Part shown: piece after piece, positions 10,401 to 19,499 of the stretch | Position numbering within the stretch: position 1 is the first letter of the stretch | Layout of the letters: each line of letters starts with the position of its first letter | Origin: Candidatus Hydrothermia bacterium | Lineage (GTDB): Bacteria; Hydrothermota; Hydrothermia; UBA1063 | Assembly (NCBI GenBank): GCA_049719805.1 | Contig: JBNARF010000002.1 | Location: 423,926-487,925 of the forward strand | Direction: 5' to 3' | DNA: 64,000 nt | Notes under the pieces: generated by a model | What the model saw: only the letters and a program-made list of their open reading frames with translations | Databases searched by the model: none | Told to the model about the DNA's origin: nothing | Program-made: the position numbers and the translations under genes

Positions 10401-10761
10401 CGGCAATTAGAAATCTAATGCGCGGTTGTCTCAGAACATAGCCATATACTGCTTCAATCTGAAATGGAAGTGGGTCTATTTTTGAAACATTCATTGCAAG
10501 TAAGGGGTCAAATAGAGATGCATATTTGAATCGTGTTGCTTCAATTACCAAAAATGTCTCCTGTGGATTTGACGATAAGTCAATTACTTTTTCTATAATC
10601 TTAAGGCTATTTAAATCTTCTTTAGTGAGCAGGCAGTCTATATGTTTCTTTGAACGAATAGTTGAGCCTATAATACGAAAGTAATTGTCAAACTCTGTAA
10701 CTTTTTCGACTTTAACAGGTTCTTCCCAGAAAGGACCTTTGACTATGCATCCTTCCTTCAT
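7420..10761 (-). CDS. SNF2-family helicase (BrxHII/RapA-like) with C-terminal DUF3883
   Basis: Helicase motifs are LIADDPGAGKT, LIIVDEAHKMS, TATPHKGD and a C-terminal helicase block ending MGRIHRYGQQKDV. The DUF3883 signature GFDIRSRGKGEIRYIEVKAR...YYLYIV lies at the C-terminus. Confidence 0.85.
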   Translation of the reverse strand: MKEGCIVKGPFWEEPVKVEKVTEFDNYFRIIGSTIRSKKHIDCLLTKEDLNSLKIIEKVIDLSSNPQETFLVIEATRFKYASLFDPLLAMNVSKIDPLPFQIEAVYGYVLRQPRIRFLIADDPGAGKTIMAGLILKELKLRRLANRVLIVVPGHLKDQWRRELKEKFDEKFVVLDRNTFNAHYGENPWEKNDQIITSIDFAKQDEILASLSSAHFDLIIVDEAHKMSAYRYGDRINRTQRYKLGEVLSRISTHLVFLTATPHKGDPENFRLFLDLLMPGFFATSKMVEESLKNNDNPLFIRRLKEDLKDFDGRPIFTRRFPITIKFRLSEDEKSLYNEVSRYVVEQYNKALQFDKKRNIAFALVILQRRMASSTYALLKSLERRKERLEKILSGEEKPKEGLFPFDYEEMDDLEESKRWENEEEWESITIASDPEELKEEIRTIEMLIQKAKDIINKEEEIKLHELKKAIGEGFSKIEEMKGNKKILIFTESRDTLEYLHSKIKSWGYKVNCIHGGMNIDERIKAEKIFRDETEIMVATEAAGEGINLQFCHIMINYDIPWNPNRLEQRMGRIHRYGQQKDVYIFNIVAEDTREGKVLLKLFEKLEEIRSKLGSDRVFDVIGEVFEGKNLYQLILEAVTNAKSMDEILKELDIEPNEEYIKKIKEILGESLATRIIDYTRIKEMAEKAKEYRLIPEYVVEFFKKSFQKAGGRMREIKEGFIAIDSIPYEIRKIAESEEFKNRFGVVMSRYPRATFDKDIAFKNPDTEFISFGHPLFEALLEWILRKYSEEVTRGSVFKDPSGILNGYIWFYIGEVRDGKGEVAGRKIIALYDDGKNLREINPAILWDLSPVNQGENVVIPNEEKTLNEEKTLSAAIRTVESYKNEILEERRRQAEIKKKYGLESLNNLIRKLDEELVELREREAKGERVDLPIRNKEEQKKRYEEAKKELERELELGQTLTIPMPEFFTVIRVIPEKADMIENEEIERIGMEIAMEYERQQGREPEDVSSENLGFDIRSRGKGEIRYIEVKARAYEGDVALTPNEWFKAKRFKDQYYLYIVTNVTSNPALYIIRNPAENLKPEEKVEVVRFVISAEEWKNKCEMWENEGKPDC

Positions 10762-10901
10762 AATGTTTCTCCCTTAATCTTTAATTGTTGTGTTAAAAGG
10801 CTTGCGTGTATCTGAGACCTATAACTGCGAGAGATTGAATGAGGGCTTAAAGCCCGAGCCGGGTACCTGATGATCAGGCAAGGAGCTATTCTCTTCATTT
10901 C

Positions 10902-11504
10902 TCAAATGCCTCCTTTACTCACCTCTTGAAATTCTCTTTGTCTATCTAAGAAGGATTCAATTGGCTTTCGGTTAGCTACACAAAATGAGATTTTCCCACT
11001 TTTCGTAAATTCTTCCGCTTCCCCTTTCTCGGAGAATTCGTGCTGAGGATATCTCGCCTGGACCTGAAATGCCCATGTGATGAGTCCACACGGGGATTCA
11101 TTGTTAAAATGGGGCTTCGGTTCCTTAACCTCTTCCATGAGAGAATTCAAAAGCATTCTACCAATACCCTTTCTTAGGTTACCCTTTTCTAGAACGGATA
11201 TGCATGTAATCTCTATTAATTTTTCTTCCAGAACCGGCATATACTGAATCATTCCTACGGGTTTCCCTTCCAAGTAAGCCAATTTAGCAAAATTACCATA
11301 CCTTTCCATCACCTTCATCGCCCAGCTTTCTTTGAGGTTCGCACCCTTAATGAAAGACTCGTCCTCTTTTTTCTCAGGCGGGATGCAGAGATTTATAAGA
11401 TCTCGCACATTTTCAACATTCACATTTTTTATTTCTATATTTTTCATTCGGTCTCTCCTTATAACGCACCTCCGCCTCGTTGTTCCAGTGTTAGCGAAGT
11501 TCAT
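10902..11504 (-). CDS. GNAT-family N-acetyltransferase (true start probably the internal Met, MKNIEIKNV)
   Basis: GNAT motif A-like GIGRMLLNSLMEE, about 180 aa. Confidence 0.55.
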   Translation of the reverse strand: MNFANTGTTRRRCVIRRDRMKNIEIKNVNVENVRDLINLCIPPEKKEDESFIKGANLKESWAMKVMERYGNFAKLAYLEGKPVGMIQYMPVLEEKLIEITCISVLEKGNLRKGIGRMLLNSLMEEVKEPKPHFNNESPCGLITWAFQVQARYPQHEFSEKGEAEEFTKSGKISFCVANRKPIESFLDRQREFQEVSKGGI

Positions 11505-11620
11505 CAGCGCTTGCCGTCAATCTCTAATGCCGTGTTACGCCCTGTTTACTTTTCTCCTTTTCAGTCTTTTGGGTAAGCTTGCTTGATTCATCAATATGGG
11601 TACGCATACTTTCACGTTTT

Positions 11621-11929
11621 TTAATCATCAAAGACTCCTCCGAACATCTCTTCGGGGATTTCTAGTTCTAAAAGGCGAGACTCCGCCATTACTTCAATTA
11701 GTTGATTCATTTTCTTAAAAGCTTCTTGGCCCTGTTGAGCAAGTTTATTAAACTTGCGTTCAATTTCTAGAGGTCCTAACCTTGCCCTGTGAACATCTCT
11801 TCTAGTGAATTGCTCAAGTATTTGCAGCAATGGTTTGCGAAACAGTATGATGGCAATAAAACCAACTACAGACCAAGAAAATACTATTGCTCCTACTAAA
11901 CTTATACACTCAATAATCTCTGAGTGCAT
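11621..11929 (-). CDS. small membrane-anchored hypothetical protein
   Basis: One N-terminal TM helix followed by a charged coiled-coil tail. Confidence 0.35.
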   Translation of the reverse strand: MHSEIIECISLVGAIVFSWSVVGFIAIILFRKPLLQILEQFTRRDVHRARLGPLEIERKFNKLAQQGQEAFKKMNQLIEVMAESRLLELEIPEEMFGGVFDD

Positions 11930-12701
11930 TATTCCCCTTTTTTGTACGCATGGATTTTAACTTATGCTTATTAAAAATCTTCGGATATACTAGCAAATTT
12001 TGGGTATATGCGAACTGTTGGTGTAAACCTTCCACAAAACGATTAATATTTATTGTCTTTCTGTTCATTCTCCATAGCTTACAAAAACACTATAAAGTGG
12101 ATTTCTTATTGCTGATAGGGTTTGCCCTGGCTCGTTGACGATAAAAGTTAAATCAGTGTGGTTTACTGGGTACATGGTTTTTTACTTGTTGGGAAAGTTT
12201 GAGATTGTTTAAAGACCTATGCAAAATTGAATTTTGCATTACCTTGATTATAATGACAACCGAAAATTATTTCAAGCACCATCTTCTTGAAATGTTCGAA
12301 GCCAGGAAAATTTGATTGACTTTGCGGTTAAGGCTTAATTTAAAATCTTTTTGAGAAAAGTTTTATAGGTTGGAGAGCAAAGTGAGCGGTTAGTAGTCCT
12401 GGGAGAACTTGATGTCATGCCAAAACACTATAAAAAGGAAGTTTTTTAGGAATATTTCTTTGTCATATCGTAAGGTTCTCGTACTTTCTAAAGTTCTATG
12501 CTATTGTAATTACGCATGTTTAAGAAAAATCAATAACTTTTGGGGTGAAAAGGCGTTATAATTAATTGCGTGGATAGTCAATCGCGCTCTTAGCTTTCCA
12601 GGGACAATCAGGATATGTTCACAATAGTTATTAGCCTATGGACAATCCCTGCTTAATTGTCTTATTGCCAGAATCTGTGTTTTATGCCTGATTTATTTTT
12701 A

Positions 12702-12736
12702 GCGGAGGCAAATTTGCCGCATTTTTATTCGTTTTT
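12702..12736 (+). terminator. orphan rho-independent terminator-like hairpin (GCGGAGGCAAATTTGCCGC followed by a T-run)
   Basis: Perfect palindrome GGCAAATTTGCC followed by ATTTTTATTCGTTTTT on the plus strand. No plus-strand ORF lies upstream. Confidence 0.4.
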
Positions 12737-12768
12737 CGCCCGATTCCACTAAAAAAGAACACAAGATT

Positions 12769-14106
12769 TCATGGTAAAAAGCCATTTACATCGGTTTTGG
12801 CAAAAACTGGACGAGTAACATTATAGCCTTTGGATCCGGTGATGGCAAGGCCATAATCAGCCGTTTCAATTAAGGATGATATTGATTGGAGTTCTGAGTT
12901 TGAATCGTAAATTTGCTTCCAGATTAAATTACCCTGGACATCAGTTTTAATTACAGTGCCGAATATACCATACCTGGAAGTCCAACCATAAAATATAAAG
13001 TTATTATCGGAAGTTTGTATTGCTGATATAAGTTCTTCAAGTTCAGCGTTTTTAACTGAGTCACTCGAAACCAGATTACCATCAAAGTCAGTCTTTATTA
13101 ATAAAATCTTACGTGAGGGTACGCGAACACCTAAAAAGTAGCGATTTGAGAGTTTAAATATTGGGCTGGGGGTACTACCCGAAATATCGTTTATTGTTCT
13201 GGCCCATAAAGTGTCTCCAGACTCATTAAATTTAAAAAGAGTTGTGCCAGAAGCTGCAATGATTTCACCGTTATCCTCTTCCAGTAACCTAAAGATAGGC
13301 TCAAATCCTATACCTTTTACCCATATAGTATTTCCCTGCAAGCTTATTTTAGCTATGATCCCAATATAATGTCCATAATAGTAGGTTCGACCGCAAACAA
13401 GGATATTCCCATCTCTTGATGGCGTAAAATCAAAAATATCATAATTAGCATCGGGGATATTAACTGATATCAATGAGTCACCATTAAAATCAATTTTGAG
13501 GAAAGATGTTAGATCTTTCGTCATGAACATAATCTCATTTTCACCTGTGAATCGTGTAATACAATATTCAGAAAAGTAGTAAAACTTTGTCCATTGGATG
13601 TTGCCAGTGTTGTCGGTTTTTGATAAAAAGTATTTAATAGTGTCGTAATCAGAATAACAACCGATCACAAGAAAACTACCGTCAGGCAATTCTTTAACGT
13701 TATTGACGCTCCCCCATGTAAGTTCTTGAGGAAAGACTTTGTAAAAAACAGGGTTATTAGTTATATTAATGTAAAACGGATCAGACCAGGAATAGTTTAG
13801 CGATTTAGCTCTGATAGCAAAGGTACCCGTTTTTGTCCATTTGTGCTTAAGGGGAATGTTATACCCGACGTAGTATGTAGTATATTCAGACCCGTCTCCC
13901 CAGTCTATAATGTAGGGATATATATATGCCAAATTAGAAGAAATTTGAAACTGATATTCAATACCAATAGAGCCTTGAGATGGGCCGGTAATTGTAGCCT
14001 CAAGCTTTGGCAGATTGTCTTCCTCGTCTCCCGTTTCGTCCTCTTTTTTACAGCCATAAAAGACTGTAAGAAAGAGAATAAGCCCCAGGGTCACGATTTT
14101 CCTCAT
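12769..14106 (-). CDS. lipoprotein with PKD domain and beta-propeller-like repeats
   Basis: Signal peptide with an FYGC lipobox and the PKD motif IDWGDGSEY. Confidence 0.6.
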   Translation of the reverse strand: MRKIVTLGLILFLTVFYGCKKEDETGDEEDNLPKLEATITGPSQGSIGIEYQFQISSNLAYIYPYIIDWGDGSEYTTYYVGYNIPLKHKWTKTGTFAIRAKSLNYSWSDPFYINITNNPVFYKVFPQELTWGSVNNVKELPDGSFLVIGCYSDYDTIKYFLSKTDNTGNIQWTKFYYFSEYCITRFTGENEIMFMTKDLTSFLKIDFNGDSLISVNIPDANYDIFDFTPSRDGNILVCGRTYYYGHYIGIIAKISLQGNTIWVKGIGFEPIFRLLEEDNGEIIAASGTTLFKFNESGDTLWARTINDISGSTPSPIFKLSNRYFLGVRVPSRKILLIKTDFDGNLVSSDSVKNAELEELISAIQTSDNNFIFYGWTSRYGIFGTVIKTDVQGNLIWKQIYDSNSELQSISSLIETADYGLAITGSKGYNVTRPVFAKTDVNGFLP

Positions 14107-14722
14107 AATGTTTTCCTCCTGTTTACTGAAGGAATTTTAAAATCCATAAAAAACACATGGCAAACTCTAAAATTGATAAATCTACTCCGTTTATTTCTTC
14201 TTCAAACTTTAAAAACCTATTTACAAAATCGCCTGTTAAAGTATAAGGTGTAATGGTAATTAAGAAAAATTAACAACAAAGTCGCGGCAGGAAGTTTATT
14301 TTTAAGCAGAATGAAACTCACATATCTGGGAAGCCAAAATATTCATGTATGAATTTGGCTCTATATTATTTGCGGAAGGAGTTCGTAAGGCGCATGAGAG
14401 CGATTAACGAATTTTTGGGGGAAATTGTGATAATTTATAGAATAGCGGTTAAAAACGAAGGACTTTTACCTTAATGTGTGGTTATATACCTATTGTTTCT
14501 TCTTTTATGTATTTTAATCTGTCTCACAAGCGCCTGCTTTTGCAAATTCATAACATTTCGTAACTAAAGACTGTGTTACTGCCTGTCAAATCATTTTTAG
14601 GCAAAAACAAGAGTCAAAGCAGCGTATTTGCAGGCATTCCTGGGAGTTTTGTTGATCGAGATTTCTTTTCGTTGTAATTTTTTTCTGGATCTTGAACACA
14701 AAAGTGCCCTAATAAAAATACA

Positions 14723-14795
14723 CTCCCCGGGAGGGTCTCGAACCCCCAACCCCCTGGTTAACAGCCAGGTGCTCTGCCGGTTGAGCTACCGGGGA
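14723..14795 (-). tRNA. tRNA-Asn (anticodon GUU)
   Basis: Manual cloverleaf: acceptor stem UCCCCGG/CCGGGGA, D-stem GCUC/GAGC, anticodon loop CUGUUAA, T-arm GGGGG-UUCGAGA-CCCUC and discriminator G. CCA is not encoded. Confidence 0.85.
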
Positions 14796-15166
14796 GTGAT
14801 GCTAATATTATATGTTAGGAAAAATGTATAGTCAATTTTGCTTTAAAAGCCCTCAGGACACGACCAATATTTTAAGTTTTGAGTTCCTGCCTAATGCCAC
14901 TCGCCCTAAGTATTACTAACTTTTGCCTCAAATCTAAATTGTGTTTTTTCAATAAGTTGCTCTCTTTAAAGGCTGTTAGAAAAAATCAGCAAAATCATAA
15001 GACAATGCAGAGTTCGATGATACTAAGTTATTATGCGACAAGTTGAAAATGTCTGTAACTCAAGCGTGCGAATTTCCAGGATAAGAGTAATTTTAGAATT
15101 GATTAATTACTTTAGCCCAGCATTATAATTTTTCTAGAAGAATGTTCTCAATCTAAGGAGGTTGTT

Positions 15167-15676
15167 ATGGCTAAGAAGGCGGGGTGGTACTGGTATGTTA
15201 TTCTTATCCTGCTCATTGCACTGGCAGGAATGTTTCTCTGGGGTTATTTTGGTATTAATGCGGCGAAAAAATCTGTGGAAAAAGAACGCGCAGTTATTCA
15301 GCAAAAGGCGGAGCAGGTTATAAGTGCGAGAACTCAGCAGTTATTAAGGCTTTCTGTCTTGCCCATGACATGGGTTGTTAGAAGAGAGGTGATGAAGGGG
15401 AATTACGAACAGGTCAGGGAATATTTTAGTTTGCTGGTTCAGGAGCCAGGGATAAGGTATATTTTCTTTGTGGATAATACAGGTAAGATAGTAGTTTCCA
15501 CCGACGAGGGGATGCAGGGGACGGAGTTTTCCAGATTCTATCCCGATAGTATTCTTGAGGTTAACGAGGTGTCCATAACGGGCGACGAGACAGGCAGAAT
15601 AATATCGGTATCACCAGTTATGGGACTGAATGCGAGACTGGGTTCCCTTGTTTTGATTTATGAATCAGAAAAATGA
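15167..15676 (+). CDS. membrane-anchored hypothetical protein
   Basis: N-terminal TM helix and a good RBS (AAGGAGG). Confidence 0.5.
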   Translation: MAKKAGWYWYVILILLIALAGMFLWGYFGINAAKKSVEKERAVIQQKAEQVISARTQQLLRLSVLPMTWVVRREVMKGNYEQVREYFSLLVQEPGIRYIFFVDNTGKIVVSTDEGMQGTEFSRFYPDSILEVNEVSITGDETGRIISVSPVMGLNARLGSLVLIYESEK

Positions 15677-16271
15677 GTGGTTAGAAGTAAGAAAAGCCAC
15701 TCCCGAGGACGTGGAAGATTTTGTAGCTCTCTTTTTAATTTCATCACCGTACTTTTTCAGATTATTTGGTGAAAAGATTAGGACGGCTCTTTACAATATG
15801 TTTAAGGCTGAAAGGAATCTCTTCAGTTACCAGCATGTTATATTTGCAGAGCTTGATGGTAAGAATGCGGGTATGCTCCTTGGATACCCTTATGATGTTA
15901 AAGCCCGGGAAAATTTGCGAACCGGTTTATTATGGTTGAAATATTCGGGGTTCAAGTTCCTTTCTACATTACCTTTGCTCTTAAAGTTTAACACGACTGT
16001 CGGGAAATTAGGTAAATTTGAATATTATATCAGTAATTTAGCAGCTTTTGAGAAATTTCGAGGCAAAGGGGTTGGAACGGTGTTAATTATGAAAGCTGAA
16101 GAAGAAGCAAGGCTTCTAAAAGCCGAAAGAATTGTCCTTGATGTTGAACAAGAGAATACCCTCGCGATAAACTTCTACGAGAGACTGGGCTTTGAAAAGG
16201 TTGCGGAGTTCTATATACCGATAAAGGGTAAAGGTGTTTTATCGTTTTATAGAATGGGTAAGAAGATCTAA
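15660..16271 (+). CDS. GNAT-family N-acetyltransferase
   Basis: FRGKGVGTVLI and NFYERLGF motifs. Confidence 0.7.
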   Translation: MNQKNEWLEVRKATPEDVEDFVALFLISSPYFFRLFGEKIRTALYNMFKAERNLFSYQHVIFAELDGKNAGMLLGYPYDVKARENLRTGLLWLKYSGFKFLSTLPLLLKFNTTVGKLGKFEYYISNLAAFEKFRGKGVGTVLIMKAEEEARLLKAERIVLDVEQENTLAINFYERLGFEKVAEFYIPIKGKGVLSFYRMGKKI

Positions 16272-16412
16272 TTAATAAGCGGATAAAGCTCAAATATTTT
16301 GCACCTTCTGGTGGGTTCAAGGTTTTTAAGAGTATTGCAGGAACAAGAAAAATAAACTAATGATTTTCAAGTTCCAGGTCTTTCCATTATAAATAAACGA
16401 AAGGGAGGAGGT

Positions 16413-16988
16413 ATGCTGAGAGACTTGATCATCAAAAATCGCAGTTACAGGAGGTATTACGAGGATCACCATATAAGCAGAGAAACTCTTCTTGAGCTTA
16501 TAGACCTTGCGAGACTCTGCCCCTCCAGTATGAATCTTCAACCTCTGCGTTACATCATTGTAAATACCCCTGAAAAATGTGAACTGGTATTTCAGAATGT
16601 GACCTGGGCAGCGTATCTTAAGGATTGGGGAGGCCCTAAAAAAGGCGAGAGGCCGTCTGCCTATATAATCGTTCTTGCTGAAAAGGAGGTATCCAAAAAT
16701 TATCTAATAGATGCGGGATTGGCTTCCATGGCTATTCTCCTTGGAGCCACTGAAAAGGGACTAGGTGGCTGCGTTATGGGTTCTTTGAATCGGGAGAATA
16801 CCCGAAGATTATTCAACATACCGGATAGATACGAAATTATCTACGCTATCGCTTTAGGTAAGCCCAGAGAAAAAGTGGTAATTGACGAGGTGGGCCCCGA
16901 TGGGGATATCAGGTACTGGCGGGATGAAAACGATGTGCATCATGTCCCCAAGAGAAAGCTGGAAGATATAGTTCTTAACTTCGATTAA
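16413..16988 (+). CDS. nitroreductase-family oxidoreductase
   Basis: Nitroreductase-type fold motifs. Confidence 0.75.
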   Translation: MLRDLIIKNRSYRRYYEDHHISRETLLELIDLARLCPSSMNLQPLRYIIVNTPEKCELVFQNVTWAAYLKDWGGPKKGERPSAYIIVLAEKEVSKNYLIDAGLASMAILLGATEKGLGGCVMGSLNRENTRRLFNIPDRYEIIYAIALGKPREKVVIDEVGPDGDIRYWRDENDVHHVPKRKLEDIVLNFD

Positions 16989-17051
16989 GTGAGTAGAAAG
17001 AAAAGCGTCAAAAGCGCTTAAAATCCGTCAAATCGCGTTTTTACTCGGAGT

Positions 17052-17738
17052 TTATCTTATTATATTTTGGGTCTCCTGGTATTTCTTAAGTTCTTCAAGG
17101 ACCTCATCTCTAATTTTGTAAGCTAAATCTCTATCCTCCACGAAGGTTAAAGGCACATTTGTACCGTTTATTCTTGCTATGAGCCTTGCCGTTAATATTC
17201 CTATGTTCATGGCGTCAAGTAGCGCTTTGTCATCAAAAATGGCATTCTCCCGCTTGTGGGAATATGCAATGCCCCATGGCGGTATTATACATCCCATGGA
17301 CGTCATAACGGAGACCAGATACCCACCTGACCAGGCACCTCCTGCATCGGCACCAACGGAAATGGCTCCAAAAACCTTTCCTTCAAGATAGCTTGGCTCT
17401 TTGTAAGCCACCATGTTTTCCATGGACGTCATCCGGTCTATAAGATTTTTGAGCGCACCCGATGGGGCATACCAGTATATGGGTGTAGCGAATATGATAC
17501 CGTCAGCCTCGTACATTTTTTGAAGCAGGAACTTCCCGTAGTCATCAAAAATGCAAGGGAATTTACAGTAAGGGTCTTCATCGTGAATACAGCCTATGCA
17601 AGGTTTTATTTCCCCGTCATAAACGCTGTAAAACTCTGTTTGTGCTCCTTCTCTTTCCGCCCCCTTGAGAGCCACGTGTAAAAGTTGTGCAGAACCGCCT
17701 GTTTTATGAGGCGAACCAAGAATCCCCACAATCTTCAT
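17052..17738 (-). CDS. NADPH-dependent FMN reductase / iron-sulfur flavoprotein (Isf-like)
   Basis: Flavodoxin-like MKIVGILGSPH and the Cys cluster CIGCIHDEDPYCKFPC. Confidence 0.7.
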   Translation of the reverse strand: MKIVGILGSPHKTGGSAQLLHVALKGAEREGAQTEFYSVYDGEIKPCIGCIHDEDPYCKFPCIFDDYGKFLLQKMYEADGIIFATPIYWYAPSGALKNLIDRMTSMENMVAYKEPSYLEGKVFGAISVGADAGGAWSGGYLVSVMTSMGCIIPPWGIAYSHKRENAIFDDKALLDAMNIGILTARLIARINGTNVPLTFVEDRDLAYKIRDEVLEELKKYQETQNIIR

Positions 17739-17913
17739 AAATTTCCCTCCCCGCGGGACTAACTTTTTCTGTTAGTTATAATATTATGATGAATTTTGCT
17801 TGAATTATCAATGGATACAGGCGTTTTTAACGTTTAGATATAAGGCGAAGGCCAGGTGGCAAATTTTTCTTGCTTCTTTTTTCTTTGAACTCTGAGATTG
17901 TTCCAATAAAATT

Positions 17914-18777
17914 ATGAAGATGCAGCTCATATTTCTAATGTTTTTGGGCTATAAAATCGAAAGTGGCGAAATGCAGATTATTCGGGAAAAAAACAAAGAA
18001 ACTATTTTGTTTTACGGAGGTGTAGTTATTACTGATACAAATGCGGTTATAACATCTCCCAGCGCCACGTATCTTTCTAAAGATGGGGTAATGGAACTTT
18101 CAGGACCCGTTTCTGGTTTTTACCAGACAAGAAATCTAAAATGTGATTATGCGAAAATTTACGAAAAAGAGAGGATATTCAAAGGTTACAGGCGTTGTGA
18201 TATCCAGGGCCCCGCGGAAACATTAAGATGTGATAGTATCATTCTTCATGGAGATAGTCTCCTCGCTTTTGGGGATGTTTACTTAAAAAGCGAGAAAGAT
18301 TCTGTTGAGGCAGAGGGTAATGAAGTATTAATCAGGGATAAGTTCCTCAGAGTTAGAGGGAATGCCCTTTTAAAATCTACAAGCTCGGATTCCCTTGCCT
18401 TAAAGTCTTTTTTCTATGTATACAGAGATTCTATTCTCTCGGCTTCCGGGAATGTGATTGTCAATTCAAAGGATTTTGAAGCCTCAGGTGACAGCCTTTA
18501 TTATGACCGGAGAGAAAGATTTTTTAGCCTTTATGGAAATGCCCTGGTGCGGGACCAGAAAAACACCGTAACAGGTCCTCAGGTTATTGTTTTTCTGAAT
18601 ACTGAAAATAAGATTGATTCAGCTCTTTCTTTTCCAGGGGGTAGCTTAAAGAATGCAGAGAATGGGAAGGAAATTTTTATCGAGGGTGATACCTTAAAAT
18701 TTTATTCAGAAGGAACGGACAGTCTAAAGTGGTTTAAGGGTTATAAAATAAAAGGCTATTATAAAGAGGAAGAATAA
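17914..18777 (+). CDS. lptA: LptA/OstA-family periplasmic LPS transport protein
   Basis: OstA_N-like repeats. It lies immediately upstream of lptB. Confidence 0.6.
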   Translation: MKMQLIFLMFLGYKIESGEMQIIREKNKETILFYGGVVITDTNAVITSPSATYLSKDGVMELSGPVSGFYQTRNLKCDYAKIYEKERIFKGYRRCDIQGPAETLRCDSIILHGDSLLAFGDVYLKSEKDSVEAEGNEVLIRDKFLRVRGNALLKSTSSDSLALKSFFYVYRDSILSASGNVIVNSKDFEASGDSLYYDRRERFFSLYGNALVRDQKNTVTGPQVIVFLNTENKIDSALSFPGGSLKNAENGKEIFIEGDTLKFYSEGTDSLKWFKGYKIKGYYKEEE

Positions 18778-19499
18778 TGATCACATTGAGGACGGAGAAT
18801 TTACGCAAAAGATACGGTAAAAGAGAAGTGGTGTGTGGAGTGGATATAGTGGTTAGTACTGGAGAAATTGTTGGTCTTCTGGGCCCCAACGGTGCTGGTA
18901 AAACTACAACTTTTTACATGATCATGGGTGAGGTGCGGCCTGATATAGGAAAGGTTTTTATGGGTGATACCGATATTACCAATTTCCCTATGTATAAAAG
19001 AGCTCGTCTCGGGCTTACCTACTTACCCCAGGAACCATCTATTTTTCAAAAATTGACGGTTTTTGATAATATATATGCTATCCTCGAGTACCGGGGTTAT
19101 AAGAAAGAAGAGGCTGTGGAAATTGCCGAGAAAAATCTCAAGCTGATGGAGATTTATCACATTAAAGATCAGCCGGCATATACTTTATCAGGTGGTGAGA
19201 GAAGAAGGTTAGAGGTGGCAAGGGCGCTTTCCCTTAATCCAAAGATTTTGCTCCTTGATGAGCCTTTTACGGGAGTTGATCCAAAAACTAGGCAGGAGAT
19301 ACAGGACATTATTCTTGGCCTTAAGAAGCTCAATATAGGGGTATTGATTACTGATCACAATGTTCGGGAAACTCTCGAAATCACTGATCGAGTATACATA
19401 ATTTACAGGGGGGAGATTTTAATTGAGGGAGACAGTCAAGAACTAATTAAAAGTGAAGAAGCGCGGAAAATATATCTTGGCGAGAGATTTAAACTATGA
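18777..19499 (+). CDS. lptB: LPS export ABC transporter ATP-binding protein
   Basis: GPNGAGKTT and LSGGERRRLEVARAL motifs, in the lptA-lptB-rpoN context. Confidence 0.9.
   Translation: MITLRTENLRKRYGKREVVCGVDIVVSTGEIVGLLGPNGAGKTTTFYMIMGEVRPDIGKVFMGDTDITNFPMYKRARLGLTYLPQEPSIFQKLTVFDNIYAILEYRGYKKEEAVEIAEKNLKLMEIYHIKDQPAYTLSGGERRRLEVARALSLNPKILLLDEPFTGVDPKTRQEIQDIILGLKKLNIGVLITDHNVRETLEITDRVYIIYRGEILIEGDSQELIKSEEARKIYLGERFKL

Noticed and set aside
10762-10900. GC-rich hairpins between the GNAT and helicase genes, considered as a possible riboswitch or terminator (GGGCTTAAAGCCC and CCTGATGATCAGG).
   Set aside because: Short imperfect stems with no U-tract and no match to any riboswitch core I recognize. 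Probably just 5'-UTR structure.
11930-15166. CRISPR array or integrase next to the tRNA.
   Set aside because: No repeat-spacer periodicity and no recombinase-like ORF in any frame.
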